A DNA stretch of 64,000 nt from Pseudovirgaria hyperparasitica (taxonomy: Eukaryota), in NCBI GenBank assembly GCA_010093815.1, contig ML996574.1. The stretch is one strand, 5' to 3'. The notes under the pieces are model-generated. The model was not told the origin of the DNA. It saw nothing but the letters and a program-made list of their open reading frames with translations, and ran no database searches. A program made the position numbers and the translations under genes. This document shows positions 1 through 12,732 of the stretch, in pieces. Every line of letters starts with the position of its first letter. Position 1 is the stretch's first letter.

Positions 1-873
1 GCCCATATGCGGTGACTGGGGTGACTGTGGAGTCCAACCGCCCGGATAAGGACTTCCGGACTGAGACATTGACGGAGTGTTGGCGTGTTTGGCGTACATC
101 TGGTCAGGCTGTGGGGATCCAGGACCGAGATATGTGGAGCCGGAGACGTGTGAGTAGCGCGGATCTATGTTATAAAGTTATTATCGTGCTCAGACGAGGT
201 GATCTGAAGACTGACCATCGTGCGAGCTGGTCATGGGTAAGTACACACCTTTGGGGTCGTAATTTGTTCCAGACCAGGCTCCCCCGTTAGGGTCTGGAGA
301 ATGTACTGCGGAGTATGAGGGTGGATGTGTTGCGGCTGTGTTTGCGGATTTGGCGGCTTGTTTACGTCGATATAGAAACCAGATGAGCCCTGCGATTGCG
401 AGGATTCCGACGACTCCTACGCCTACTGCTATGCCAACAATGGCACCTGTGGATAGACCACCGTCTGAGCCTCCATTCGAGTCGCTGGGCGCAGACGTGG
501 CCGACGGAACAGCTGAAGAGAAAGTTGGGCCAGTACCTAGGAAGGATGTTCCATTGAGAGCGGCAGCTGTGAGATTGCCACTACAACCGCCCTGGCATCC
601 AAACTCGGTGTCGGCACAGCATCCTATGAAGGGTGGGTTCGCATCTTTGCAGGTGAAGAATGATCCGCCATTAGGACATTCCTGGTCATTGAATTGACCG
701 TACCAAGACGCATTGAAGCTCATCGGACGAAGGTCCTCTTCTGGAGGGCCTGTTGAGCTCCCACAGCCATTAGAGACAGAACAGCCGACGAACGGAAATG
801 TGCTCCTTTCACACGCATACCAAGTTCCTCCCTCTGGACAGTAGGCGCCGAATGAGAGCCCCGATTGAGACAT
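1..873 (-). CDS. Single-pass membrane protein with duplicated Cys-rich ectodomain (partial; 3' end runs off the window)
   Basis: ATG at 873. Two CPxGG..(Y/F)xC..PFxGC repeats, Ser/Thr stalk, TM GAIVGIAVGVGVVGILAIAGLIWFLY followed by RRK, PPSY motif. GT-AG intron 248-165; exon 2 stays open to position 1. Confidence 0.8.
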
Positions 874-2652
874 TCTGACGAGACGTAGGTTTCGGATTGG
901 GCAAGGCTGAGAGAGAAATCAAGGAAGAACAAACAGCAGAAAGGTACCGGGCAGGCAGAGGTTAAAAGCACAGATGGATCCCGACCGGGAGGGAACTGCA
1001 GAGAGCCAAGCAAGGGAGGGATCCGCTTCGATACGACGGCCCACAGATTGCCACTGTATCTGTCTTGGTGAACAGCTCAATGAAGTCCAGATCTGCTTGG
1101 TATTGCTCGTTAGCGTGCTGCGTCGTGTTCTGATAATAACCGTGCCACAAACAGGGCTGTACAAAAGCTTGTGGGTAAGGTCTGCAGAATCAGGATAACG
1201 CCTGCATCTACGTATGATTCTATTCGAACTATTCCCACTCCATTGATAGCTCATATAGGAGAGCTTGAATGAGAATTAACTCACCTAATATTGCGATTGC
1301 ATGGATTGCCAATTCTCAGCCTGATGCAAGTTTGTCAAGGAGGTGAAAGCTGGGGAGCACATGAATGCTAGTGCTTCGCTACTCTCGGCTCGACAAGCAT
1401 CTAAATGAAGTGGGCACCCTGCGAAGAGGTTTCTCTCTTTTCGCTATAATATGATAGCACGCATGCTTGACCAGACAGCTGGCGCCCAATTACATGCATT
1501 GCCGACGCTTTGTATGCACCTAGTACACAAGATCAAGACCGGCCATGCCATGACCATACAATATGACGTTCGCTCAAGACATGTTGATGCACACGGCAAA
1601 TCCCACGCAGTGATGGGAACGCAAGGCGAGGTGGGAAGATGATAAACGGACATGCAGGGGAAGCTAGCCTGATCAGTCTAGCCCATTATCAAGTACCCAA
1701 TCAGACGAGCTGCAGGAGACGGGACACAACAACATGTTGACATCCATTCCTTGGTTTACCTGACACCTCGCAAAAGCCAAAGCTGGTTCATTTTTAGAAA
1801 CACCAACGGAGAGGTGTGGCAGCTGTCTCAAGTGCAGAGACCCACTGATCAGATGCGTCACGGTACGGGACGTGTATCCCCCGGAGTGCTCCACGCCCCA
1901 TGATAAAGGACCCGCATATCCATTCACTTCGTGCAACGACTTCCAAGGTCCACAGACTATGTCTGCCAGTAGTAGTATTCATGACCTACAACCGGAAACA
2001 TTCCTTCTCCTCGAGCAATGGGCAGAGTTCGAAATAATCTGTGGTGTGCTGGCAGGTACCCAAGACCTTGCAGGTACCACTGCAGGACTGCGGCACAGCG
2101 GGCACACAAGGCTGGCAAATCAGATCGCACCTGAGGCAATACGCTTGTGCATGAAGCCGGAGCACCACAGATCCATACCTAGCCATGTACTGATATAACT
2201 CCGACACGTCCCGCATGAGCCGAGTACAAGCCGACAGCCTTGCGGAGGTTGGATGCATCTTTGTTGTTCAGCCTCGCGACTAATGATCAGAGCATAACGT
2301 TGGCTATCAAAGCGCCACAGGCACTTGCTGAGTGCTGGTCGTCAGTGGTGGTGGCATTACATCGAGTAGATGCATTGACTATAATGATGACGACAACTCC
2401 ATGCACCCATATGACCACCCCATGCATAACAATACGGAGAGGTTAGTGCGATAACAATTCCAGCCTCCCAGTCCACCGACTACAGAATGCAGATGTCAAC
2501 AAACGCCAGCCACCAAGACGGAGCATCAAGTCCTCACCTCTTTGCCAGCCATCTCTCGGCCCCCTCCCCGTGTCACTCCAAACCACCAGGGACCAAGCAA
2601 ACACCAACATCTGAACTGAAACCCACTCCCTATTCGTCTCGTCTGATCGGGT

Positions 2653-3795
2653 CTACCTCCTCTCTGTATCCAGCTCCACAGCTGTACTCCCCCCGGTCCT
2701 CGCAACTTCACTCCCCGGCACCTCCGAATACCGACTATGCACAGTGTCCATCTGCGAGACACCACCATATCCATTCATAGGACTCATGCTCATCCCCCTC
2801 ATTGCCCCAATATCATCCGGCCCAAGCGCCACACCAGTCCCCGTCCCCGTCCCCGTCCCAGTCCCAGCAGCACCCGCACCCGCACCCTCCACCGCACCAT
2901 ACTTATAGTCGTACCCCGGCGGGCCCTGCTCATACACACTGCGATACTCCTGCTTCTGCCCGAGACCAGCGTAGAAACCCGTATGCTCCTGCGTGGCCGG
3001 ATTCGGCGACATGGGCGCCATTCCCGGAGACATGGGCACGGGGGGCGGTCTGGCTGCGTCTCGCTCTTCGGCCTTGGCTTGCTGGGCAGCGTACTTGCGA
3101 GCGAGGCGCTTGTGGCGCCAGACGAAGAAGGCGAGGCCGGAGAGAAGGAGGGTTGCGATGGCGATGCCGACGGCTATGCCTACGATGGCGCCGGTGGAGA
3201 GGCCGTGGTGGGTGGGTTGAGAGGTGTTTGTGGAGCTGGCGGTAGGGGATGTGCCCCCGGAGATGGTGGCGGAGTATTGCTCTTTGGCTTTCTGTGCCTG
3301 TTCGTTGATGTCGTATTGTTCGGACTGTGGTGGTGGTGGTCGTGAGTGCTGGGTTGGTATATGTGTGGAGTAGAAAGACACTTACTGGGTTGATGGTCCC
3401 TACCATGCCCCATTTACCACATGATCCAGGTGCTGCACAGTGGAACAGGATGGGCTCTGTGGTGTCTAGGGTATAATTCCAGATGAGAGGCTGTGTGGTC
3501 GATCGTATGAGTGGACAAACGGCGAAGACTTGTGATGGATGTTGAGATAGCATACCTCGTTCTCATCTGATACGGGCTGGAAGCCAGAGGCAAAGTAACC
3601 TGATCCCTGGTTGTAATCTTGCCAGCTGTCACAAGGACGGTCCCATTGGGAACGCTCTACGCCATGTTTACCAGCTCCGAAGACGAAGGAGATGATAGAT
3701 ATGGCATCATCCGGGTCCGTGTCTGTTCGATTTGGGGTGAAGGTGTGATTGTCAACGCTGCCACCAACGTGGACAATGTATACTCCAGTCGTCAT
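2653..3795 (-). CDS. Fungal cupredoxin-like extracellular protein with single TM and cytoplasmic tail
   Basis: VHVGG..FTP..SFVF..HGV..PC..SGFQP and FHCAAPGSC..GMVGTINP motifs joined in frame by introns 3555-3491 and 3385-3325. TM GAIVGIAVGIAIATLLLSGLAFFVW followed by RHKR. The start could instead be the in-frame ATG at 3990. Confidence 0.8.
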
Positions 3796-4723
3796 TTGGA
3801 CAGATGTAGATGTGTAACGTGGCGAACAAGAGCTAGGAAAGAAAAAAAAGAACCAGGCCAAGCTCTGAGATATAAGGGGAGGTACACCACCTTTAAGTCT
3901 CCCTGAGTTACGGTCAAACGGCACAGCATGGACAACAACTGAGATGGGGTCGAGAAAGATGAACCTGACCAATATCTGCTTCGCATCCATGCATCATGCC
4001 TAAATTTGACTGCACGGATGAGGCATGTGCTGCATGACAAGGTAGTCAGGGCATGCAACATCCAACATGGCCTTCAGCCTCGTGGCCCCACATCGATTTA
4101 CACACTAGATTGTGCCCTCTTATCCAGACCGTCAACACACTGAAGATGTGGTAAATATTTCGAAACTTCTGTCCACCATCTTAGACTTATAGATCAGGTT
4201 CACGTAGAGAGAGACCCTTCTGGAGATCGCGACGAGGCTACACCGAACATGTACCTGTGAGCTGACCGTGATTCTGTCAAACAAAGAATAATTGGGCTTC
4301 TCCAGACGAGTTAGTCGTAACAACCATCGGTAATGAGCGACTGATGTGGTTTGAATATTCATTTCTAGAGTTGGCCCCCCGAGAGCAGCTTGTCGTCAAT
4401 TAAACAAGTCGGCCGGCTCGGCCGAGCGTGCATTGGGGCCGGGACCGGAACAACTGAGGGAGGAGTTAATGCTTGTGTCTGTTCGTAGTCTGTCAACGAT
4501 GTCAAATTATTCCATGCTGTATAGCGGCATCCGGCATGGACTGGAGGCATCAGATTGACCATGTAGGACGAATACTTCACTGCTCTTTCATATTCACCAC
4601 CAAGCATACCTATACCCTATGTGACTGTCCGCACGAGGACGAACTTGCATGTTATATTGCCATCTCGTCCTTCCGCGTCTACATCAAAGAACTTTTGTAC
4701 TTCGTATACATGGAAGAATCGGT

Positions 4724-7242
4724 CTACTCGTCTGCGGATTGGAACGTGCTACGACTTGTCGTTTCACTGCCTGACGGCGTCGGATCAAGAGAGCTTGATG
4801 CAGCTTCAGTCCCGTCGTCCCGAGCCTTGCCCTTGCCCTTGCCCTTGCCCTTGCTGTTGTCTCCTCCACCGGGCTCATCGGGTATCTCTTCGTGCGCAGG
4901 GTTCTGGTCAGCATGGATATCTACATCTGCTTGCTGTGCTGTCTCAGCCTCGCGCGTTCGCTGCTCTTCCTCCTCGCGCTGTTGCCGCAAGCGTGCTTCT
5001 CGCGTAGCAACCATGCGCTCTCCAAGACCGGGCCACAAGCTGGCCACGAAGAGGGCCAAGGCTCTTTCCACGATGCGCAACTGGTCTCGCATCCAACTGA
5101 CGTTCTCGTTATTATGGTTCTGGACAAGCCTCTCGGCAACCTGCTCCGGTGTCAATCCTGCGTTGCGACGGATCTGTTCCTCGCGTCTGCGCTCCTCCGG
5201 TAAGGGCAGTAGATTCTCAAAATGACGCCGTAGCATATCCACCGGGGCGTTGAAGACCCCGAGCTGGAAAAGATATATGGTGAGAGCAGCACCAATCATC
5301 ATGAGTGGTCGTCGCCAGCCTGAACCCCCAGAGAACATGTAGAGGAAGAACAGTAGACGAGCAGCAAGCCATATATGCCCGGCAAGTGCCATACCTGCAC
5401 CGTTCTGGGCGTTTTGCGGATTTTGTGCGTTTCTGCCTTGTGCACGCTGCTGTCGAAGATGTTCGAGACGCTGTTCAAGACGTTGGCGAATGGCCGCTTG
5501 TGCATCTGGCGCTTCGTTCTGGTCTTGTTGAGGAATGCGTGGAGCATTGGCTTGATCAGGAGCTGAAGCAGCCGGAAATTGCGGAGGCACGGGTAGTCCA
5601 GATGCTGGCCCTGCTGACGATGTAGGCATCGAGGAATCTAGAACGGAATCTATTCGAGTACTTGGCCCAGCGGTCGAAACGTCGAGTGGGAAGGAATCTG
5701 AGAGTCCTCCAGTTCGATAAGTACCCGACGATGATAATAACAGTGCATGTGGGCCATCTGGACCTCTTAGCAAGAACACCTGTGGTAAATATTCACTAGT
5801 TGTTCGGATATGGTCGAGTCTCGGTGTTGATGCGGTAGCGGCACCGTTTGATCGGGATGTAGTGTTGGGTTGGTGGTTACTACCAGGTCTTGCTGCGTTC
5901 TGCACACCTAATGAACCTGGTGGGGGCGAAGTGGAAAACTGCGAAGCTGGATTTTGAGGAGTCGTATAGTTTAACGCTTGCTCGACGCGAGCATGGTATG
6001 ACTCGTAGGTCTCTAATATTGCGCGTAGGCGGTTGACTTCATCGGGTGTGCTTTCTTCTAAGCGTCCCCCGACATCGTCACGAATCGTTCGCATGTTCTC
6101 CGTTGCTCTCCGTATGGATTCCTCCGTAGAATTGGTCCGCATCACTTGAGGCCCTGTAGGAAATGGCGATCCTACTGTTGGCAGCGCAGACGGATGTTGC
6201 AGTGACGAAGAAGTTGGTGGTGGCCGTTGAAAGGGGTTGCTGGGTAGCCTAGACAACGGTGATGATCCCATGTATTCGTTCGGGTGGTGCGGGAATTGGT
6301 GGATCGTACGGTCCACGGTCATACTCCAGCGTGCACCACTCGGAGTTTCACCTTCTCGATAAATGTGTACGTTGCCAGGGACTTCACCTGGAATGGGCGA
6401 GTGGCCACCATTCTGCCTTGCAGCACCCTCGCTGCCATTAGCATTTGGAGTCACAGATCGAGCCTGCTCATGTCCAGTTCCAGTTCCAGCCGCTGCTCTC
6501 TGCTGATGCTGTTGGGCAATGACTTGTTGGAAGAAGTTGTTGGGGTCTATGCCAAAGCCTGGTACTGGAACACCTCCCAGCACCTCTTGAGGATGTCTAC
6601 CGGTATTCACGGATCCATTCTGAACCGCAGCCATCTGCCTCGTTATCATCTCTGCAAACTCTGGTGGAAATGGTGGAGGGCCGCCTTGAACAATGTTGTG
6701 GTGATGTCCATGAACATGCACATGTGGCACACCAGGATGCGTACCCCGTTGGGGTGGTTGTTGTTGTTGTTGTTGTGGTTGTGGGCGCTGTTGAGCTTGC
6801 TGCTGTACACGAAAAGGGTTTCTGTCGGTTGAAGGTAGTGGAGAAGGAACTGTGGGAGGGCGATTGGCTTGATCGGTCTGAGCGCGGCCTTGGTCGGGTA
6901 CGACAAGATGGATAGTTTGTTCTCGAGACTGTTTGACCTGATTCGCGTCAATAACAAGTCCGGAGACCTACTCAGGCACAGTCATTGGCGGCTTACATGA
7001 TCAGCTCCAAAGATGTCTAGAAGCGTGTCCTGCATATTGAGCAGAACCCGTCCTAGGTATATCATGCGCAAGCGATCCAAGGCCGGGTTTGGTGAGAGGT
7101 CATCCTGGATCCTGGTCTTGAGGTCGAGAATGGTCGTAGTTACGGGCAGATTGGGATAGAAGAGCGTGGCATGAGAAGTGTTCGTCAGGATCTTTAGGTC
7201 AATCTGTTGTTGCGCAGCTTCGGCACCGGTATTGTTCGCCAT
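4724..7242 (-). CDS. Ubiquitin-like-domain ER membrane protein (HERP/Usa1-like, ERAD)
   Basis: N-terminal UBL (TTILDLKTRI..RLRMIYLGRVL). Intron 6996-6938 joins in frame to the 668-aa ORF. Long P/Q-rich linker and C-terminal hydrophobic segments including LFVASLWPG. Confidence 0.75.
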
Positions 7243-7384
7243 GACGATGCTTTGGAGTAGATGCGGAAGACGTGAGAGTGTAAAAGAGTCAGCTCATTAG
7301 CGAAGATACAGCTTTTGCAGAGTGAGCAAAAGCCGCGATGTCTAACCTTGACTCTCGCACAGAAGCAGGCTCGCGCAAAGGTGA

Positions 7385-7394
7385 ACACCGTGTC
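7385..7394. promoter_or_regulatory. UPRE-like element (ACACCGTGTC)
   Basis: Matches the yeast Hac1 core CANCNTG and resembles KAR2 CAGCGTGTC; about 145 bp upstream of the HERP/Usa1-like ATG. Confidence 0.3.
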
Positions 7395-10300
7395 TGACAA
7401 TCTGACCAGCTTGCACTTCACGAGGAAAGCCAGCGGCGGGCCCGACGAAGCTCCGGACGGGCTTGGCATCTCGGAGGCTATTATGGAGGCTACTGACATT
7501 CCGATGGCCTGCTAGTTGCCTTTAATACCTTAGCGTCCACCAGCAGCTCTTTTAATGTTTCTCACGTTCTGTCTATGTAACCGTCGCCAATCTTCTCGAT
7601 ATAATTTCATGTGATTCATCTTGATCTTCTCGATATGTTATAATGTTGATCGCGATGAAGGCAGCCCTGGAAATGAATACTAAAAAAGCCGTACATGTCT
7701 CTGCGCCATACTGCGAGGTGCTTTCTATAGCCCGAGCATTGTGATCAGTATATACGGCTTGAACTCGCAAAATACACACTGTCCAAATTTCAGATGGCTC
7801 ATCTGTCTCAGCAGGAGATGCCACCTAGGCTAAACTCCGCGAATGAGTATACTGATCAGGACGCACCCAGCGCAAACTGGCCAATATGGTGGCTTAGCAG
7901 TCCCCGACTCAACAGTTGACTGATATTATGCAATAGATCATAGAGGACCGCAACAAGTTACACATGGACTGTTTTGAAGCGCTAGGCTGCAAGCACAAGC
8001 GGATCTCGGATGCTCTACACGCTTTGTGCTCCTATGGAACATGCGAGAATTGCCCAGCTCGTGCTAGTGCTGCAAAGCATAGTTTTGGAGACTATCGAGA
8101 GTTTCGGTATGAGCTGCCCGGTAAAACTCATTAGAGCAGGCCCGTACCAGAGGGGAGTCTGCTGGCGCGTCGTAGCACGAACTACGGCCGATAGAACCAG
8201 CCGGTACTGACGCCTTCGCCTCGTGAAGACAGTGTTGAAGACCTGTTGCTCCACCTCGTACCGAAACGGTCACCAATGGCTAGAGGAATGCCGAAGACGT
8301 CAGCCTCATTATGGTGGGTGATACCCACAGCGTTCGTGGCGTTCGTTTGGGTCCCCGTTTGAAACCCCGCCAGGTAATCCACAAATTGAACTATTGCGAA
8401 GCCATTTGAGGCATTTCAGCGTTGATGACAGGCGCCACAGCTTATGAGGGGTGCGTTAGTATGACAGGCTTGACATTAGCATTAGTAGGAAGTTGCGTGT
8501 TCTACAATGAGGCTTGCTTAGCAGTCAGTATTCCTGTTGTTGTTCGGCCACATGCCAGCATGCATGATACAGCGGAATGTGACAGTGGCAGATTTGGGTG
8601 GACGCCAGCTTGGATTGCGAGATCTCAAGCTTTGATCAAGACCGAAGTCTGTAGCGCCATGGCGGGAATGCGTCAGTGACCTAAAAATTAAAGGCCGTTG
8701 AGCTTTGAATAGTGGTCGTGGGCGGTTTCTCCGGTGGAACAGAGCTAGCAGTATAGTAAGCATGATACTATGCACGTCTCTCTACACGCAGATTAGCAGC
8801 GATGAATCGGACAAGCATGTCTCCTGCTACGGCCAGTAAATAGCGAGATAGCCTCTTGACGGTCGAATGAAGGTCGCGTTGGGTGGTTACGTTGACTGCC
8901 TCGAAGCGCGGAGAGAAAAGTTTGAGCAGCTGCCTGATGTCGTGACCAACAGCTGTTAGACGTGCACTGTGCTGGCATCCGGTTGGCTGGATTCAAGAAT
9001 CTTCAATGAAGTCCCACAAAGGCGGAACCGAGAAACATGTTCTGGTAGTACGGTAAAGTACCTGGATCGTTCCGCCCTATCAAGATAATGATTCGAGAGG
9101 GTTGTTATCTACACGAATCGTTTTGCCCCGGCAAGATCGTCATGGATCAGCATGCTGCTTACGGCATGTGGTTAGATGCATCGACATTGACCTACTCGGG
9201 ATCTTGTACTCGTGTTTTGCTTTTTCAAGGGTTTGCGGGAGCGGCCTGGGTATCTCGCGAGGTTTAATTTTGTTTTGTTTCAACGCGCGTAGATGGTAAC
9301 ACCACGTCTCAACCTGGCTGCCACGGCTTGAGATAGGTTATCAGAGAGTCATTGAAGCGTGTCCTGGAATACAAAGACGGATGTGAGGCCTGACGATGCG
9401 ATTGTCTGATTCAGGACAAGCATGCTATGTGCATGAAGAATGTTTCATGTTGAGCTCGAAGGCTTATGAAGGACGGGCCGGGTGCAAGTCCGCCAGTGAT
9501 GAGGATGTAAGATGATGAACCGTGCTGTCAGGTGCTTGTGTGCATATATAGGTAGCCGGAGCGGCACGTGTGATAGGGTGTCGAACAGGATGCATGCAGA
9601 CAACCTTGGCTGCAGGCGTTTACCTTGATGCAGAGGTCAAAAAGTGGCAGTCGGAGCAGAAGTACATAATTCGTCCACTCTTTTTGAACTCGGAATCAGC
9701 TATTAGCGGCGCGCCCGAGCAGGTGGAGTTAATTGTTAGGTGATGAGAGTGGCAGCGGTAGCTGTGCAGCGATGTTTCGAGTAGCGGTGAAAGAAGTGGC
9801 TCAGACTGAGACTGAGACTGAGATGGAGATTCAGCCAGAGGATAAGGAAGAGTGTCCTAGGTCTACTACTAGGTAGGTACCAATTGAAGGTAGTCGTAGG
9901 TAATATGATGTTTATTACTATTACTACTTGAGCGAGCTGTATAGAAGGGTTCAGGGTCAGTCAGGACTAAAGGACGGCAAATGGCCACGCTATCCACCGT
10001 ATTCCCGACAGACATGACTGTTTTCAGATGGCGTCAATAATCATGATCATGGAATAATGCCGGTGCCACACATATTGATTGAATCGAAGATGGCTAACCT
10101 TGATCCGCAGACAATAGTACATATGAGGACGACTAGGTCTAGCACATGCTCAAGCTCCGTGAAGCAGCGTCACCGTGTCGTCCATATCCCTTCCCATAGG
10201 GTCCATTTAATATATTGAGGGACTGGAAAGCGGGGATTTAAGCGGCGTCGGCTTACAGGAACACTAGGCCTATCCATGAAGCGAAAGGCACATGGGCTCT

Positions 10301-11794
10301 GATATGCAGCCATGCATAGAGAAGACATTTATGATTACGGGTTTGAGGATGTAGGGAGGCACGTTATATGTCGAGATGGTCCATCGTCCTAAGACGGCCA
10401 AATATGCGTCCATGTATAGCTGCCACACAGTAATAGGCAGATAATACTGGCGAGAGATTTGCTGGTATGCAGAATCATTCCGATGGAAGATTAATAGGGT
10501 TATGCACAGTGGCGATCGGATCTACTCGTGAACGGTTGGCAGCGTGGTGCATGGAGTGTGTGTGTGCATTGCACGTACATAAAAATAGGCCGAATGGGCT
10601 GGCGTGATGGTAAAGAGGTGTAGATAGGAGAGAGGCTTCGCCACCGGTTTTTGATGAAACGTAGCCTCTCTTGCACTCACACCAAGTCGAACGTTACATG
10701 CTTGGCTTGGTCTATACGTAGCATAAAGTATATATAATCAGCTTCCAAAGCCATCTGCTCTGTGTCGGAACCATCATATCATGGTCGCACGCAGATACAC
10801 ACAGTAACGTCGCAGCCCTTATCCGGCCACTAGACAGGGGCATTTTCAGGAAAAGATAAATATTCAACGGTTCGGCGATATGCAAGCTGGAGCCGACGCT
10901 GAGCCTATTTCCAGGTCGAGGGTGTGAGCATAGTAAATACACAATAATTTGTGGTCTCATTGCAGCCTCGTACCTAGCCTGTGCCTGTGAGGTGGATGGA
11001 GTGAGGACTTTAACTGGACCACACACACAAGCGGGAGCTTTTCTGGGGGGGGGGGGAGGGGGCGCGGAGGGGCTCAGAGCGGCAGTGATAGCTAGGTCTT
11101 AGGGATGTATTGAGGGATGATGGGCTGGTCTGACACGCCATTTTCGCGGGCTGTTCGGGCGAGAGGGAGGGGGCGGGCAGCTTTGGGTTTTAGGTGTAAT
11201 ACAGTATTACTGAGTACAGTAGTTAATTAGTTGGCTCTGGCTCAGGCTCAGACGGCAGCGAGGAGTAGTCAAGAGCCTCACCAGAACAACCAAAAAGGGG
11301 CGGGTGCAGGTGCGGGTGCTGCAACAGTGTGCCCTGTGCGGGCTGGGTGTGCGCTAATTGATAGCGAGCTAGACGCCAAATCACACCACTACCACCACCA
11401 CCACCACCAACGTCTAGCCACCCCCATTTACAAACATCTAGCGCCAATCTGGACACCATCCGGGCACCATCCCGGCCCAAGGGCAAGACTCACTAGCTGC
11501 CCGCCCGCAGCATCATGCTCGGCAAGGGGGTGGTGGGCTCTGTGCTTGGCCAGGTGTCCAATTCCCCATCATTCCTGGCATAATGAGAGCATGAGCGTGA
11601 GCGTGAGCGAGAGCCTTGAAGATGTTGTACTCATCATTCATCATATATACAGCACAATTGGATTGGGGTCTAGTGCACTTGTCCCTTAGTTAGTCATATC
11701 AGGGCCCAAACAAAAGGGGTTTAAGGGTTTGGTTGGGGGAGGGGGGGGAAGGGGGGTTGGAATGAGGCTTAGGACAGTGCAGATGGAGGAAGAG

Positions 11795-11905
11795 GAGTAA
11801 GGTGTGAATTAGTAGAGTAAATAAGTAGTAGGTAAGTAACAGGTAATAGTAGGTACAGTAGTCGTACAGTTAGTAGGTAGTAAATAGTAATTAATAGTAG
11901 GTAGG
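11795..11905. repeat. Low-complexity (A/G)GTA / TAGGTA-rich tract
   Basis: Nearly C-free run of AGTA/GGTA words upstream of BNI4; similar patches at ~9855-9930 and ~16350-16445. Confidence 0.6.
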
Positions 11906-12732
11906 AGCGAGCCCAGGAGAGTGAGCATCAGCACTCAGGAGGACCCTGGGGACCTGGTCGAATAACAGAAACCGGGACTTGCGACAGCCAAAATCCAAAA
12001 AATCCTCGTCGCTCTACTACTCTCACACACACACACACACTTCCACATCCTTCACATCTTCTCTTCCCCCCATCTCGACAAACACCCATCCAGCAACGTC
12101 TCTCTCACTTAGTTTATTCTTTCTGCTCGATTCTTCTTCGTGTTTTTCGTTCGTGTCTGTTCCGTCTCGCTCGGCTCGTCGTCTGCACCAGAGTCCTCTG
12201 AGCGAAGTGTTGGCCGCGTCCTCACCCCTTTCACGACTGTCCAATGCTCTTCTAACGGATCCCTTCTCCGCCTCCACGGAAGGCCGTGAGATCGACTTCG
12301 TTGCTCAACGACTCCTTCTCCCATCGCCTACCATCTCGGCTGCTTTCCATTCTACCTTCTGTGTTAATAGACAGTTACGGCTTCGCCTTTATTTGCTTCT
12401 CCCTTAATATCTGTCGCCCACCGGTCGCTACAAACAGGTGAAAGTCGGAAGGGGGTACGTAACCTCTCTCTATCTCTCTCTCGTCTCCCTCTCTCCTCTC
12501 CCTCAAGCAGAACACGTCGGTCCTTGTCTGCACAACGACTTCTTAACCTTCTTCAACATCTCCAATGCCTTGCCCATACATCATTGCAGCTTCGTGCTAA
12601 TTAGCTCTCCCTTCTGCAGCTCACCTTTCGTTACCGTTCTGGAAACGACATCCACTCTGCTCATCACTTCCTTGCTGAAACAAGGAATTGAGCTAGCGGT
12701 TGCTTAACACACTGGTCTTCACTCACGCTCCG

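Noticed and set aside
4473..5225. Long antisense or alternative-frame ORFs (also 2737-3345, 35023-35766, 60916-61788)
   Set aside because: These are shadows of real genes on the opposite strand or in another frame, with no independent features.
8010..8775. Short ORFs as a small spliced gene
   Set aside because: I could not build a consistent exon chain or recognise any motif.
9495..9520. C/D-box snoRNA (GTGATGA, ATGATGA)
   Set aside because: No suitably placed D box with a terminal stem, and no recognisable rRNA guide.
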